Of a DNA stretch of 64,000 bases, positions 11,800 to 23,940 are shown piece by piece. Origin of the DNA: Camelus dromedarius (Eukaryota); NCBI RefSeq assembly GCF_036321535.1, contig NC_087437.1:57910001-57974000 (forward strand), in the 5' to 3' direction. The position numbers and the translations under genes are program-made. The first letter of the stretch is position 1, and the number at the start of each line of letters is the position of its first letter. The notes beneath the pieces are model-generated. The model did no database searches. It saw nothing but the letters and a program-made list of their open reading frames with translations, and had not been told where the DNA came from.

Positions 11800-12400
11800 C
11801 CAATGAACATGGTTAAAGTGTCATGGGTGCTTTCATGTACAAAGTACAATGGGGGCCAAAAGGATAGTTTGGTTCAATTCTCCTTGAGGTATCATAGAGG
11901 TGATAAAGATTGAATTCTGAGGATGAGTAGATGTTTTCCAGGTCGGAGGAGGAGCGGTGAAACGGGAGGGCAATCTGAGATGTGCAGTGTCAAACACATG
12001 ACATTCGGCTCAGCTTGACGGCAGATGGTTATCTCAGACAGGGCATCACCTAGCTCTATCTCATTTATCACCTTTCATCTCCATCCTAGCGTGAAAACTG
12101 GAATATCGTGGGTGTAAAAGTCAGCTCTGAGCAAATGAATGGACGGCATGGAAATGGGAAAGGGGAGGGGGCTGTTGAGGAAGTACAGGCCAGACTATGA
12201 ATGGTTTATACACCAAGTGAAGGAATTGAGAGAGCTTCGAGGAAGACAGTTGGAAAACACTGAAGAAATCCTATTACTGAAGGAGAGTAATAGGATTATT
12301 TTTGTGCTTTGGGGAAAATGTCCCTGGTTGCAGTGTAGAAGATGTATTGGAGGAGACAGGAGTGGCAGTCAGGGGACCAGGTGAATGGTTAAGAGACTTT
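11800..12400 (-). mobile_element. L2 fragments
   Basis: Decayed antisense L2 motifs (aggatgagtagatgttttccagg; aggagagtaataggattatttttgtgcttt). Confidence 0.5.
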
Positions 12401-14597
12401 TCAGAGATGATATGCTCCACTCTTTCTTCCTTCTGGATTAGGAAAACAGGATTTGTAGAAGTCAGTCTTTAAAGACAAAAAGTTCATGAGGCTTTCAATG
12501 GAAATTCCATGGATTAGTTATGTTCTCTAACCATCAGTTACCTAAGAGGTCAAAATACCCAATATCTAGCAAAAAGGTATTGGATGAGCAGGTAGAAAAA
12601 ACCACCATCACTTACCAGCTGTGTGACTTGGAGCCAGTCGGGTGACTTTAACCCTTTCTGGCAAAACAGACATGAAATACACTCCCTCATACTTCACACA
12701 CTTCCTATAAAGATCACAGTAGATGTTGAATCGGATAGCCCTTACAGATTAGAAATGTTCCTCCAGTTAGGTGAGAAGCTGAAGGCTATTGTGAAGTGGA
12801 GGCATTTAGTGAAGTATCTTGGCCAACAAAAAGAAATAAAATTCCAAGATCATGTAAGAAAACTGTAGCTGACCAAGCCCATACCTAGTGCTAAAATCTT
12901 GTGATTTTATGTTAACTTTAATGGAATAAATAACTTTTCATTACAAGCTAGACTAAAAAAAAAACCTGTCAATCCTTAGGTGACCATACCATGGAGCTCC
13001 TATGGACAAATTCCTTTATTTCACCCATGAAGAAATTGAGACCCAGGGAAAGAGTTTGGCTTACTCAATGTTGTAGCAAGTTAATGGTCAAACCAGAACT
13101 AGAATCAATCTTTCTTGACTTCTAGTCCAACAGTCTTTTTTAACAAACTGCATGAGTATGATAATGACAGAAAGGACATGGAAGTGTTCTGCGTCCACCA
13201 GAGCCCCAGAGCTGTGAGAAGGGCCTAGGACTGGGTGGAAGAAGATGCAGAGAGGCAACATTCCCAGCACACACCTCCCAGTCCAACCACTCTGAAGACA
13301 GCTCTGGATTTTTTACAGAAGTTTTGAAAAATTGGGTTCTTCCTGCTGCCAAAAAAAAATAAAAATAAAAAAATAAAATTACTAGTGTCAGAACTTTTTT
13401 TTTTTAATTTGGTATGAGCAAACCTGAAAATTCCAAGTTGGTGAACACATTAAAATTGTCACTCCAAGCAGATACTCATGCACTCATCTCTATTTACCTC
13501 AAAGTCCTGCATACATATCGTTAAGCAGCTTGGAAAGATGCATACAGCTTTTATCCATGACTAATCATCACATTTTACCACCGCAAGCACAACAGGACAG
13601 ATCAGTGAGAAGGCACAGTTATTTACCAAACTGCTGAAGTGATAACACAAACAGGCTTCTTTAAAAGAAACAGAGCACAAGAGAAGACTGTGTGGGCTTC
13701 TTTTTGCCTCATTAATCAGTTTGCTTAAATTTCCATAAATATTTCTGAGTCTCTCTGCCACCAAGTTGCTGCCAAGGAATCCATCAAGGCCATAGAAATA
13801 AGCAGCTCAGGTACAAAAATGAAGTTCAGAATCCTTGGCACTGAGAAGAAGAGCTGGAAGTGTTCCACGAAGAGTAAAAGGTCTGGCCCTGATCCACGGA
13901 GTTCCATCGCCCTATCCCCCTGCTCAAGTCAGTTTCAAGAGCTCTTAACATGTGTCAGATTCTGTGCAAGGCACACTGGGAGACACAGAGAAAAATAAGA
14001 TACAGACTAGAGCATAACACAAAAAGTAGTAAGAGGCATGCATGCATGTGAGAGGTACAGATGCCATAGTTTAGAGGAGTCATCACCTCAAGCTGAAGGC
14101 TCTGGCTGGGGGAGGGTGATGTCTGAATCAGGCCTTGATAGAGAATGGACAATTATACGGGTAGTTTTGGTTCATGAAATGAGTAAATCCGGGCGATTCA
14201 CCTCCTGAACACGTGGAGGCGTTCTCATCACTGATTTACTCTCAGCAGGTAACATGGTCGCACCAGCAGGTCGCCTAGAGGAACCCCAGAAAGGGGACAA
14301 CCACAAAGAGGGCTATTGTGTTAACAAGAAAAATGCAAAGAATGCTATTGCCTACATAGAACTACAGAAGACCTCCTATATTCATGAAGACTATATCCAC
14401 AGACCTTTCCAAATCACCCAATCCTAGAGTCCAGCTCATTCAATGTCAATGCTGGGTGTCTCATGACTAGGCTCTCTCCCTAAGTAATCACTCCTCCTCC
14501 CAGCTTTGCAGCCCGAGTAATTCGCATTCATGCTCAGGCTTCTTCACGCCCTATCTCATTTAATCCCTAGAACAACCTAAGTAGTAGCTATCGTCCT

Positions 14598-14669
14598 CAT
14601 GACAAATTATTACACATCATAATTATTACATGATAGTTACATAATCATTACATGACAAATTATTACATG
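14598..14669. repeat. Imperfect short tandem repeat built on (a)ttaca(t) units
   Basis: catgacaaattattaca at 14598 and 14651, with related units between them. Confidence 0.8.
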
Positions 14670-16960
14670 CTGTAGACTGTGGCCAGTTGTGTTGTAAATA
14701 ATCAAAACTTCAGGAAGGTCAAAAGTGTTGACGCCAAAGTCTGGCCCACGGAAGGAAGAGGCTAAACATTTGCGACACGTGTTTAGAAATTATACAATCC
14801 GTCTAGAATTTCATCGTTCATTGGCCAACACTCATTATATCTAATACATCGTAGAAAAACAAAGTGATAAATAAATGACTGTGAGTAGTATGTTAGGATG
14901 AAATATTAAGCCTTTAGCCCTAGCATGTGGCCCACTCCGTGATAAATGGATAGTTACTAATCTCTGAGCTTCCATTTTCTTCAGCGGTACCAAGGTGGGG
15001 AGGTGCAGTAGAATTTGTGATCCCTAATTGGCTTTCCACTGCTAAAAGTTTTAGTGATAATAGTAATAAGAAATATGCGACGAGATGAATAAAAGTCCTT
15101 GTTAAATGAGTTTCCTCCAGTCTGTAAATCCTCAAACAGATGCAAATTCTCCTTCAAGGAAAGGCTATAACCTGTTAGTCAGCAATTGGTTGAGAGACAA
15201 GACATTGAGGGAGGCATGCTTTTCCCAAAGGAGCAAATGGAGTCTAAGGAAAAAAGAACTGTGGTGTGTTCCAGCCTTAGGCACAAATGCAGAAGGGAGA
15301 AGCCCAATGGGGTTTGCAGTTACTGTCATAGAAAGAGAATAGAGAAATAGAGACCAGGGACTTTATTAGAACATCTTATCCTTTCTTAAGCTTTGCAGCC
15401 TTCCCACATTTTTATTCTCTTCATCACCATCTGTCTACCAGTGTATTCAGGGATTTTATCCTCAAAATGGACAGGGCCTGAGTACTTGTCTTTAGGGGCA
15501 GAAAAGAAAGGGTAAACCAGGAAAAACAGTATCTTTCTGTGTCCCAGGGGTAGAGTAATTGGTAGGGGGAAATTAGTTGAGGGGCTGAAGTCTGTGGACA
15601 GCTTGAGTGCTGGCGGGGCCTGGGATGGTCCTGGGGCAAAGTAGCAGCAGGGTCCACCAGGGGCACCCCGTGGCTCCTGACATCAATTACATGAAAGCAT
15701 CTGGGTGTACAGAGCTCATGTTAAGTTGGTTATTCTGTCCTGCACAGTGAGAAGAAGGAAAAGTATTTTTAAAAAAATTTTTAAATGAGATTATTTAAGT
15801 ACTGCAATTTAAGATCATCTATACAGTGACATGAATGATAAAACCAAGAATCTTCATGTTCATTATTTTATACGATGATCATATAATTCATTATGCAAAC
15901 AGACATTCTGGGGAATACAAAGAGATGCTATTAGTCACTACCCCAAGACAACAGACATAAACAGGGACAGATGGTCTCTCCATCCACCCTTGGTCATTAT
16001 CCACCATTTCAGCTGATCCATGTTCACAATCCTAAGAAGGGGACACAACGGAGATTTTTATGCCTATTTTATAGATAAGGACTCTGGTGCTCAGACAGGT
16101 GAAGCATCTTGCCCAAGACACATAGATAGTAAATTTACAATACTTGAAATGCATGCTCTGATACAGTATACACAAAACAGTAAAAAAACAAATCAAGAAT
16201 GTAAAGGTCATATGTACATACAGAACAGATTACTTAAAATGCTTAAAATTTAACCTTCTCCAGGTGTGCTTCATGGGCACTCAAGAATAGCTGAGCAGGT
16301 CAATAAAAACAACTCAGGTTCGTGCAGTGTGGCTCACCATTTGCATCAGTTGTGAAGATTTGGTGACATCCAGGGGTGTCCATAGTGGGTCCTAAACCCA
16401 AGACACTACCTCAGGTGGTCAGGCTTGTTCAGAATGACATATCCTAGGTAATGTCAGACTGAAGAGGTTACATTTTTGACAAAGCCTGTTCATATGGAGA
16501 ATGTAGAGGATGATGAAGGCGTTGCTGGAAACCCATCAAACATCTACAAAATCTGAAGATTATAAAAGTAATCTAAGTTCAAATAAAAGCATAAGTTCTT
16601 CCTCCTCTGTGGTCCTAAGTGCTTGTAAGCCTCTGTCGGGGCAGTCCCTGGCCTGGCTCATATCACTAGAAGCCAAAAGGGTAAGTGTGATGCTATGCAC
16701 CAGCTAAGACCTCCTAGACAGGCCAGGACAACTTCAGAGAGATGTGCAGACTAGTCCTAAAGACTCGAGACAAGATCTAAGAGAACACCACCAGCCCTCT
16801 CCTCACAGCGGGGAAAGGGGCCTCAGACTCCGTGTGTCTGAGTCACGCTGCATGCTGGAGGTAGAGCCAGTATCCCCTCTGGCTTCCTGTTCCATCGTCC
16901 ATGGCTCTCCCCACCCAATAGTACATGGGACTGAATTAGAGTGGGTTCATTACACGTGAG

Positions 16961-17364
16961 TGTGTGGGTGGCAGCGTGTTTCCTCATAATTTGTGTGCTG
17001 CAGTCCTGACTCCCCAGTACCTTAAAAGGTAACCAGGTTTGTAGATGAGATGTTTACAAAGGTTGTCAAACTAAAGGAGGTCATGAGGATGAGCTGTAAT
17101 CCAACATAACCCAGGAAAACTGGAGACAGACGTGTATCACGGGGGATACCACGCAAAGATGGGGTGAGACTTCTACACACCGAGGAACAGCAAAGACCAC
17201 CAACAAGCCACCCAAAGCTTAGGGGAGAGGCACAGAGCAGCCTTCTTTCACAGCCCTCAGAAGGAACCAACTCTGCTGACACCCAGACCTCGGACTTCTG
17301 GTCTCCAGAGCTGGGACACTCAACATGTTGTATTTAGTTAGAGCATCCCTAACAAACTAATACA
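16961..17364 (+). mobile_element. MLT1-type (MaLR) solo LTR, MLT1B-like
   Basis: cacagccctcagaaggaaccaactctgctgacacc...ggacttctggtctccagagctg, ending aaactaataca. Confidence 0.85.
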
Positions 17365-18459
17365 ACGTCTGAGTAGACACACAGTGTTTCTCCAGTGTCT
17401 AACAAGCCCCGGGGCCACAGTCTGGATTTGCTCCGTCCGTAGTGACAGGCCGTCCTCCGACCCCAGCCCAAACACGTGCCACAGAGATTGTTTGACTTTG
17501 TATAGTATGGAAAGCCCACTACCCCAACACGCACGTGAAAGATACTGTTGCAAATATGGTCTCATTGCTTCCTCACCTTTCAAATTATAACCCTCTTGAC
17601 CATCAGCGCACAACTCCCTCAGCTCCCGCACTCAGTTGACTGAGCCTTGATCTGTAGGCCACCCTGAGCCTAGTGTTTATAACACCTTGTGAACTTCAGG
17701 ACTGAGATCACTTCCCTCCTCCTCTCCATTCCTTATCTCACCTCTGCCGAATGCTAGGCCAGAGAAGTTGTAGCAGGCAAACTCTAGGACGTGCAGTGAT
17801 GCACGGAAAGTGCTGGCCAAGGGCATTTCACACACGCACACAGAGAACTCCCTTCTCTTTGAGCTGTATTTCCAATTGCTTCAATGACCAATATTTTTTA
17901 ATCATTTAACTAGCTAGTTCAGTACATTGGTTTTTTTCCCCCTTTTCTTCTAACAGGAAGATGCAAATGACTTCAAAGAATAGGAAACTCTAAATTCGGA
18001 AATTGAAAAAAAGCCATTTGGTCTGTGCCTGAGCAGAATGCCTTGGCACCAACGGGAATGCAATGTGACCTTCCTCTCTCTGTATTTTTCAGTGCAAGCT
18101 GCCCCTCTCAGGGGCCTGTGGGTGATGCAAAAGACAGCTTCTAGCATGTTTTGTATTTTACACAAAGGTTGTACCGTGAGTGGGCTGCCTGGCATTGGAA
18201 GTCCTGAATTGGGTAAGACTAGCCTGTAAATTTGAAACAGACTGACGGAGACTCCAACAGCCATCGGACTCATTTCCTGATCCAGTATGTCCAGGCGCTG
18301 TTCTTGACCAATACAAAGTAATCCCCAGAGCCTAGCTGGGCCTACTGCCTCTGTGCTTCCTAGAGCAAGTCCACTACGTGTAAAGCAGCATAAGAGCACT
18401 TAACCCCACAGAACACCCACTTTCGGGTGAGTTAAATGAGTCGCTATCACAATACTGAG

Positions 18460-18700
18460 TGACAACACCAGTAACACCTACAGAGCTCTCCCTATGTGCC
18501 AGGCTAAATGTTCCCAGAGCCTGTCATCTGTTATCCCCGATCAGGGGGTGCTAGTCTTCACTACCTTGTGCGTCCTTCCATTACTCCCCGTCACAGGTGA
18601 GGGAACCGGGGCAGAGACAGAATGGTTACACTGCCCAGAATCACACAGCTGGGAAATGGCAGGTGCAGCACGTGACGCCAAGCTGGCTGCAGAGCTCACA
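18460..18700 (-). mobile_element. MIR
   Basis: ctatgtgccagg...acaggtgagggaaccggggcagagac...gcccagaatcacacagctgg is an antisense MIR core. Confidence 0.65.
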
Positions 18701-19229
18701 CCGACTCCAGCCTAGAATGCTTCTCATGCCGGTAGCCACAACTGTGCTTGCATCTTTCTCCCCCACCTAGTGAGCTTTCCGAGGTCAGGGACGAGCCTTG
18801 TCCTCTCATTACCTGAACTTAATGATCATTCTTAAATGACTCAGACTCATCCATGTCCCCATGCCCTAACCAAGAAACGTTATTTCCCGCCACTCAACTG
18901 TCTCAGCTCCTCTTAGATCACTTGACAATTTCTGCATAGTTGTTAGCAAACCTTAAACCTCCCTCCTTCCCCTGCAGTTCATATATGTGCAAAATTCACG
19001 ACTGAGTCATGTGTGGAATTTCCTCAAAGCCCACCATATTTGCTTGCATTTAGTAAGGTTTTCTCCACAACCGTTTATGAAATAAATTAAAACAGGGTCA
19101 GTTCCATGGCATGATACAGAATTCTGGGGCCTTCCTGAAAGCCAGCCCAGGCCCAACCTCTTACATCCACTGTAACAGGACCTTTTGCAGTGCTCACTGG
19201 GGAATGGGGAAGGCGTGGAATTCACTCCA

Positions 19230-19636
19230 GAGCAGAGATCCTCAGACTCGAGTGTACCTCAGCATTGGCTGGAGGGCTTACTGAAGCACAGAATCCAGTT
19301 TCTGATTCAGGAGGTCTAGGGTGGAGCCTGAGAGCTGTACTCTTTTTTTCCTTTTCTTTTTTAATTGAAGTAAAGTCAGTTTACAATGTGTCAATTTCTG
19401 GTGCCCAGCATAATGCTTCAGTCATACACGAACATACACATATGTTCATTTTCATATTCTTTTTCACTGTAAGTTATTACAAGATATTGAATATAGTTCC
19501 CTGTGCTATACAGAAGAAACTTGTTGTTCATCTATTTTATATATAGTAGTTAATATATGCAAAGAGATTTGCACTCTTAGTAAATTCCACATGAAGCTAA
19601 TGCTGCAGGATTGGGGACCACTTCTGAGAAGCACTG
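19230..19636. mobile_element. MER5A-like MITE split by an L1 insertion
   Basis: gtttctgattcaggaggtctagggtggagcctgaga [L1] gagatttgcactct...gctaatgctgc...ggggaccacttctgagaagcactg. Confidence 0.8.
19344..19563 (-). mobile_element. 5'-truncated L1 3' UTR
   Basis: A T-rich tail, then the reverse complement of the 3' UTR seen at 8900-9100. Degenerate TSD gagagctgtactct (19330-19343) / gagatttgcactct (19564-19577). Confidence 0.9.
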
Positions 19637-21439
19637 ATCTAGATCCCAGCTTTGGAGAGCGGCAAGTATTTTAAGTACAAAAGAAATATGAAGAAAACTA
19701 AGCAGCATCCTGGTAAAGTAAGGGCATAGAGGAAATAAAGGCAGCACGGAAGGTCAGACTTGCACGGCGACACGAGCAGCTGGGTAAGGCTGGAGGGTGG
19801 CATGCGCATGGTGGGGCAGGGAAAGACAAGCAGAAAATCTGGACTTGCCTCATAAGATAAACAGTTCTGCTCCATCTTCAGATCACAGAGATGTGGATTC
19901 ACCTTCTCATACAAGAGCTCACCCCAGCTCTCACCCCAATCCCACCACCACAGCCAGGAATCAGAACTAATGGCCAAACACCTTATTGTTCTAAAGCTTC
20001 TAAACCATTACTGTTCTGTATGGGGTCTCTCCATACAGTAATGAAATACTGGGGGACCAGAGAGTAACTCCTCCTGAGCTAGAGGAGCATAAAATTCTCC
20101 CTCCCATTCCCTTTGCCACCAGGTGAACGTGTGCTAGTAAAACCTCGCAGTTTAAAAGACGGAAGTAGCAGAAACAAGCCTTTACTGCGGCCCCTGGGTT
20201 GGCAAAAGATTCCTGTATTGTGGGCTTCTTCCGTCAATAGATTAAAAAATAGCTCATCCACATGCCCCATTCCCTCCGTGCTAATAAAGCAGTTTTTAAA
20301 AGGCAGCAGTAGAGATACAGCAGGGGAGGGATTTTGTTGGACCCTCAGCAAAATCTGGAAGTAAGCATCACTGCTTCAAGTCTGTCAGACAAAGAATTAG
20401 AGGGAGCAAGATTGATGAAACTCAGGCCACAACCAGGAACAAAACAGGGCCGGAAAGGTGGTGACTGCTGCAGCAGGAGACGGTGCAAAGGGGACAAGAG
20501 ACTCTGCCCGGGGCCCAGGCTGACGAGGTGCTCGAGGGGCTGTGGGCCACATGGAGTCAGGCGGTAGAGCAGGAGGGGGTGGCCCTTGGTTGGGAGGTGG
20601 TGGTAGCAAAGGGAAGTGAAGAAATCATTGAGACGAGGAAGTGACTGCAGGGCTTATTCAGGTCATGACATGGCGGGAGCCAGAGGGCAGACCGTGAGGT
20701 GAGCCCTCTGGTGCAGACAGAAGGACACTCAGCCGCAGAAAAGACCGGCGACGGCACAGCAGGAAACCCAGCAGGGACGTGAGAGGCATGGGAACAGCCC
20801 AGACAGACACGCTCGGGCTCATAGCGCGACTTGCGGCTTCTCCTCTAGCTGCAGCGCGTACGTGTATAAACGACGGAGTTCTCTTCAGTGCGCTCTGCGG
20901 GTCTCTCAGCTCTCAAGCCCATAAGGAAGCAAGTTCTTGCACTGATTCAGTCCACAGAAAACACAGGCACCTACTATTAGCCTGGCAGTTTGGTGCTAGA
21001 CTTGTAATAATAAACAAAAGTGACCCTGTGATTAAGATCCCAGCTGATGAGCTGCCAGGATTCCAGAACGGGAAGACGTGGAGGCTGCCCTAAATTAGGC
21101 TCAGTAATTCATTTACATAAAGACACTCGATAAGGGCCTGGTGCTGGACGCAGCTGACCAAGCTCTCAAGTTGATGCATTGTTCAGTAACGTGGTCAGGT
21201 CAGGAATGACTTGTAAACATTACATTCATTCAGCACTGTTCCTGACTGCAAGCCACCCGGCTCAGTGTAATACAGAGCACAGAATTTGTGTTTTACTGTA
21301 GACGCAGCAGGGAGAAGGGGCACCGTCGGAAGAAGGGAGACCAGAGAGGCAACCGTCTCAGGAGACAAGTTTAGAGGGGATGCGCATCTGAACTGAACAG
21401 AGCTAGAGGGACATTGTACTTTAAACTAGAGGTGACAGA

Positions 21440-21760
21440 GGTGTGCATGGAGTCAGACTGGGTGAGGAAAGAAGGGGCCTGAGGATAACTACATTTCTGC
21501 TGTGAGCACCTGGGAAGCTGGTGCTATTTGGCAAGACAGAAAATAGGGGAAGGCAAGCGACTGGGCAGAAAATCAAGACCTCCATCTGGGCCAGCAGAGT
21601 CTGAGGGGTGCTGAGTCTGAAGTTCAGGAGAAAGTTCTGACCTAGAGACATACAAGCCATAGGAATATAGCAGCCAGGGGAAGACAAGGAGTGGATGATT
21701 TCCTCAAGAGAGAGGGGCTGAACCGAGGGGATGAAGGTCAGAGCTGAACTGCAGCATCGC
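21440..21760 (-). mobile_element. L2 internal fragment
   Basis: agttcaggagaaagttctgacctagagacata...ggagtggatgatttcctc is a typical antisense L2 segment. Confidence 0.6.
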
Positions 21761-22449
21761 ATGTGATGTACCTACCGGGTAATAGAGTCTGTGTCCTTAG
21801 ACAAAGGATTGGATCCCAAACACCTACAAACACTGAGAGTTGGCGGCGTGCTCTGGCAGCAGCCAAAGCGTTAGGTGATTTCAAGAGATCTGCTGCTGCC
21901 ATCATTGTAAAATCATGGTTATTATGCTGGGGTGATCAATGACAGGAAAAACTGTTCCGAGATGTCAGAGAGGACACACTCATCTGCACCGGCACCTCCT
22001 AACAGGGTTTTAAAAAGAAGCATTTCCCCGCTATATTAAGCAGCTGTTACAAAGTCTGGGGGGAAAAGTTTCCGGGGGGCAGCTGCCTTCATTCAGGAGG
22101 TGACCACAGCCCTGCCTAAGACATCACCTCTTCAACCACTGCTCTGCCAGGCTTACTTTTATCATCCTCGAGCAACTCAAATGTTGGTCATCCAGAACAT
22201 CCTTCCTACTAAGGCACAGGGAACAAAAATGAAATCACTGACACAACTGAGCCAAAACAAATACAGAATATCTTTTTGTTCCAATGCAAACTCAGTCTCT
22301 AAGCTCCTGGGCGGTTCTAAACATCAACGAATCAATTACAACCAGCAGGAAGAAGAGAATCTGTCAATCTTCAGGGAAATGTCAGATGAAGTCCTAGAGC
22401 CTCCCACCCTCCATGACACTGTCAAAGGCCACGGTCCCACCTCAGTGGT

Positions 22450-22846
22450 TGTAATGGGCTGAATGTGTGTCCCTCCTGAAATTCATTTGTTGAAGCCCTA
22501 ACCCCCAGTGTGATGGTGTTTGGAGGCTGGGGCTGTGGGAGGTGACTGGGTTTAGAAGGGGTTAGGAGGGTGGGGTCCTCACGATGGGATTAGTGTCCTT
22601 TCATGAAGAAAAAGAGATTCAGTCCCTCCCTCCCTCCATGCTCGTACACTGAGGAAAGGCCACGTGAGCACACAATAAGAAGGTGGTGTTTGTCTACAAG
22701 CCAGAAGGCAGGCCTTCATGGGATCCAGACCTTGCTGGCACCTTTATCCTGGACTTCCCAGCCTCCAGAACCGTGAGAAGGGAATGTCTGTTGTTTTTAA
22801 GCTACCCAGTCTGTGGTGTTTTGTGAAGGCAGCTTGAGCCAAGACA
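22450..22846 (+). mobile_element. MLT1A-like (MaLR) solo LTR
   Basis: Starts tgtaatgggctgaatgtgtgtccc...aattcatttgttgaagccctaaccccc and ends ttaagctacccagtctgtgg...aagaca. Confidence 0.9.
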
Positions 22847-23709
22847 GTGACACTTAAATTGTGTTGTTCTACAAGTCACACTGGGGGTGCTTGCTCTCAA
22901 CACAGCACCTTGGAATCCTCTCCCAGAGATTCTGAGCCCATAGGTCCAGGGTGGGTCCCCCAAACCTGCCTGATTCAACCCTTCCAGGTAATCCCAGCAC
23001 AGGTGATCTGTAGAAACACTAAGAACACTTTCTCTTGCCTCTCCCCGTAGGTCAGCCCTGGCACAGCACCAGCACCTGCTGTCCACAGCTGACTGTTTAT
23101 GGAGCTAAAACGGAAACACACATCAGAGCCACAAGACCGGTGGTATAACGTTAGTGAGCAGTGAGTAATCATCACGGGTGATTTGGTATAAAAACTGATC
23201 AAAGCCTCCACACGTGCCAATCAAAACCAACTGATCAGGGTTTGTTTTTTCATTTGGAAAAAGGTCAAGCAGCTGCCTGTTTGCTTTTTTCTCTCCAGGG
23301 CCATTTTAGGAAGTTCATCTGCTCTAAACAGCTGCTCACAAGTGGAACTGATCCTTGCAGGAAAAAGACTGTGGGACTGCACTCCAGAGGTGACATGTTA
23401 AACTCTTCTCCGTATTTTGCTTTCCTTTGATGGTAAAGAAAATATGAATAGTAGTTTCTTCTTTCAGTAATTTAAAATCTGGGTAAAGAAAGTATTGTGA
23501 CAATAATCATCCGATTTTTATTAAGTGTCACCATCACATTGATCTCTTTTTTGTCAGCGTCGTGATGTACATTTTACAGCACTTTCAACATGAATCAAAG
23601 AACTCATCTCCCTTATTTATTCAACATTTTGCAATTTACAAAGTTCACTGATGCCTTTTATAGTCTTCATGATAATCTTCAAGCAGACAGGGCCTATCCT
23701 ATTACCCCA

Positions 23710-23940
23710 GGGCAGAAAGTATTAAACCCAGAAATGGTTGACGGCTACGGCCTGGGTTCAAATCTCAGCTCCCCTACTTACTGCTGTGTGGTGTTGGGCA
23801 ACTTAACCTCCCTGTGCCTCAGTTTCCTTATCGATAGAATGACGACAGTAGTGCCCACCTCAGAGTGTTGTTATGAAGATTAGCAAATTAATATCTCTCA
23901 AGTGCCTGGCACAGAACAAGCATTATTAAAATATTTGTGA
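23710..23940 (+). mobile_element. MIR
   Basis: cctgggttcaaatctcagctc...cttaacctccctgtgcctcagtttcc...gtgcctggcacag. Confidence 0.85.

Noticed and set aside
15653..15668. CTCF-like motif ccaccaggggcacc (similar near 14262 and 20116)
   Set aside because: Each misses core positions of the CCASYAGRKGGCRS consensus.
17950..18399. 149-aa minus-strand ORF in the FGF12 intron
   Set aside because: No resemblance to FGF12 or any protein I recognise, and no convincing minus-strand splice sites at its ends.
23064..23095. RE1-like words cagcacc and gctgtcc
   Set aside because: The half-sites are partial and in the wrong relative orientation.
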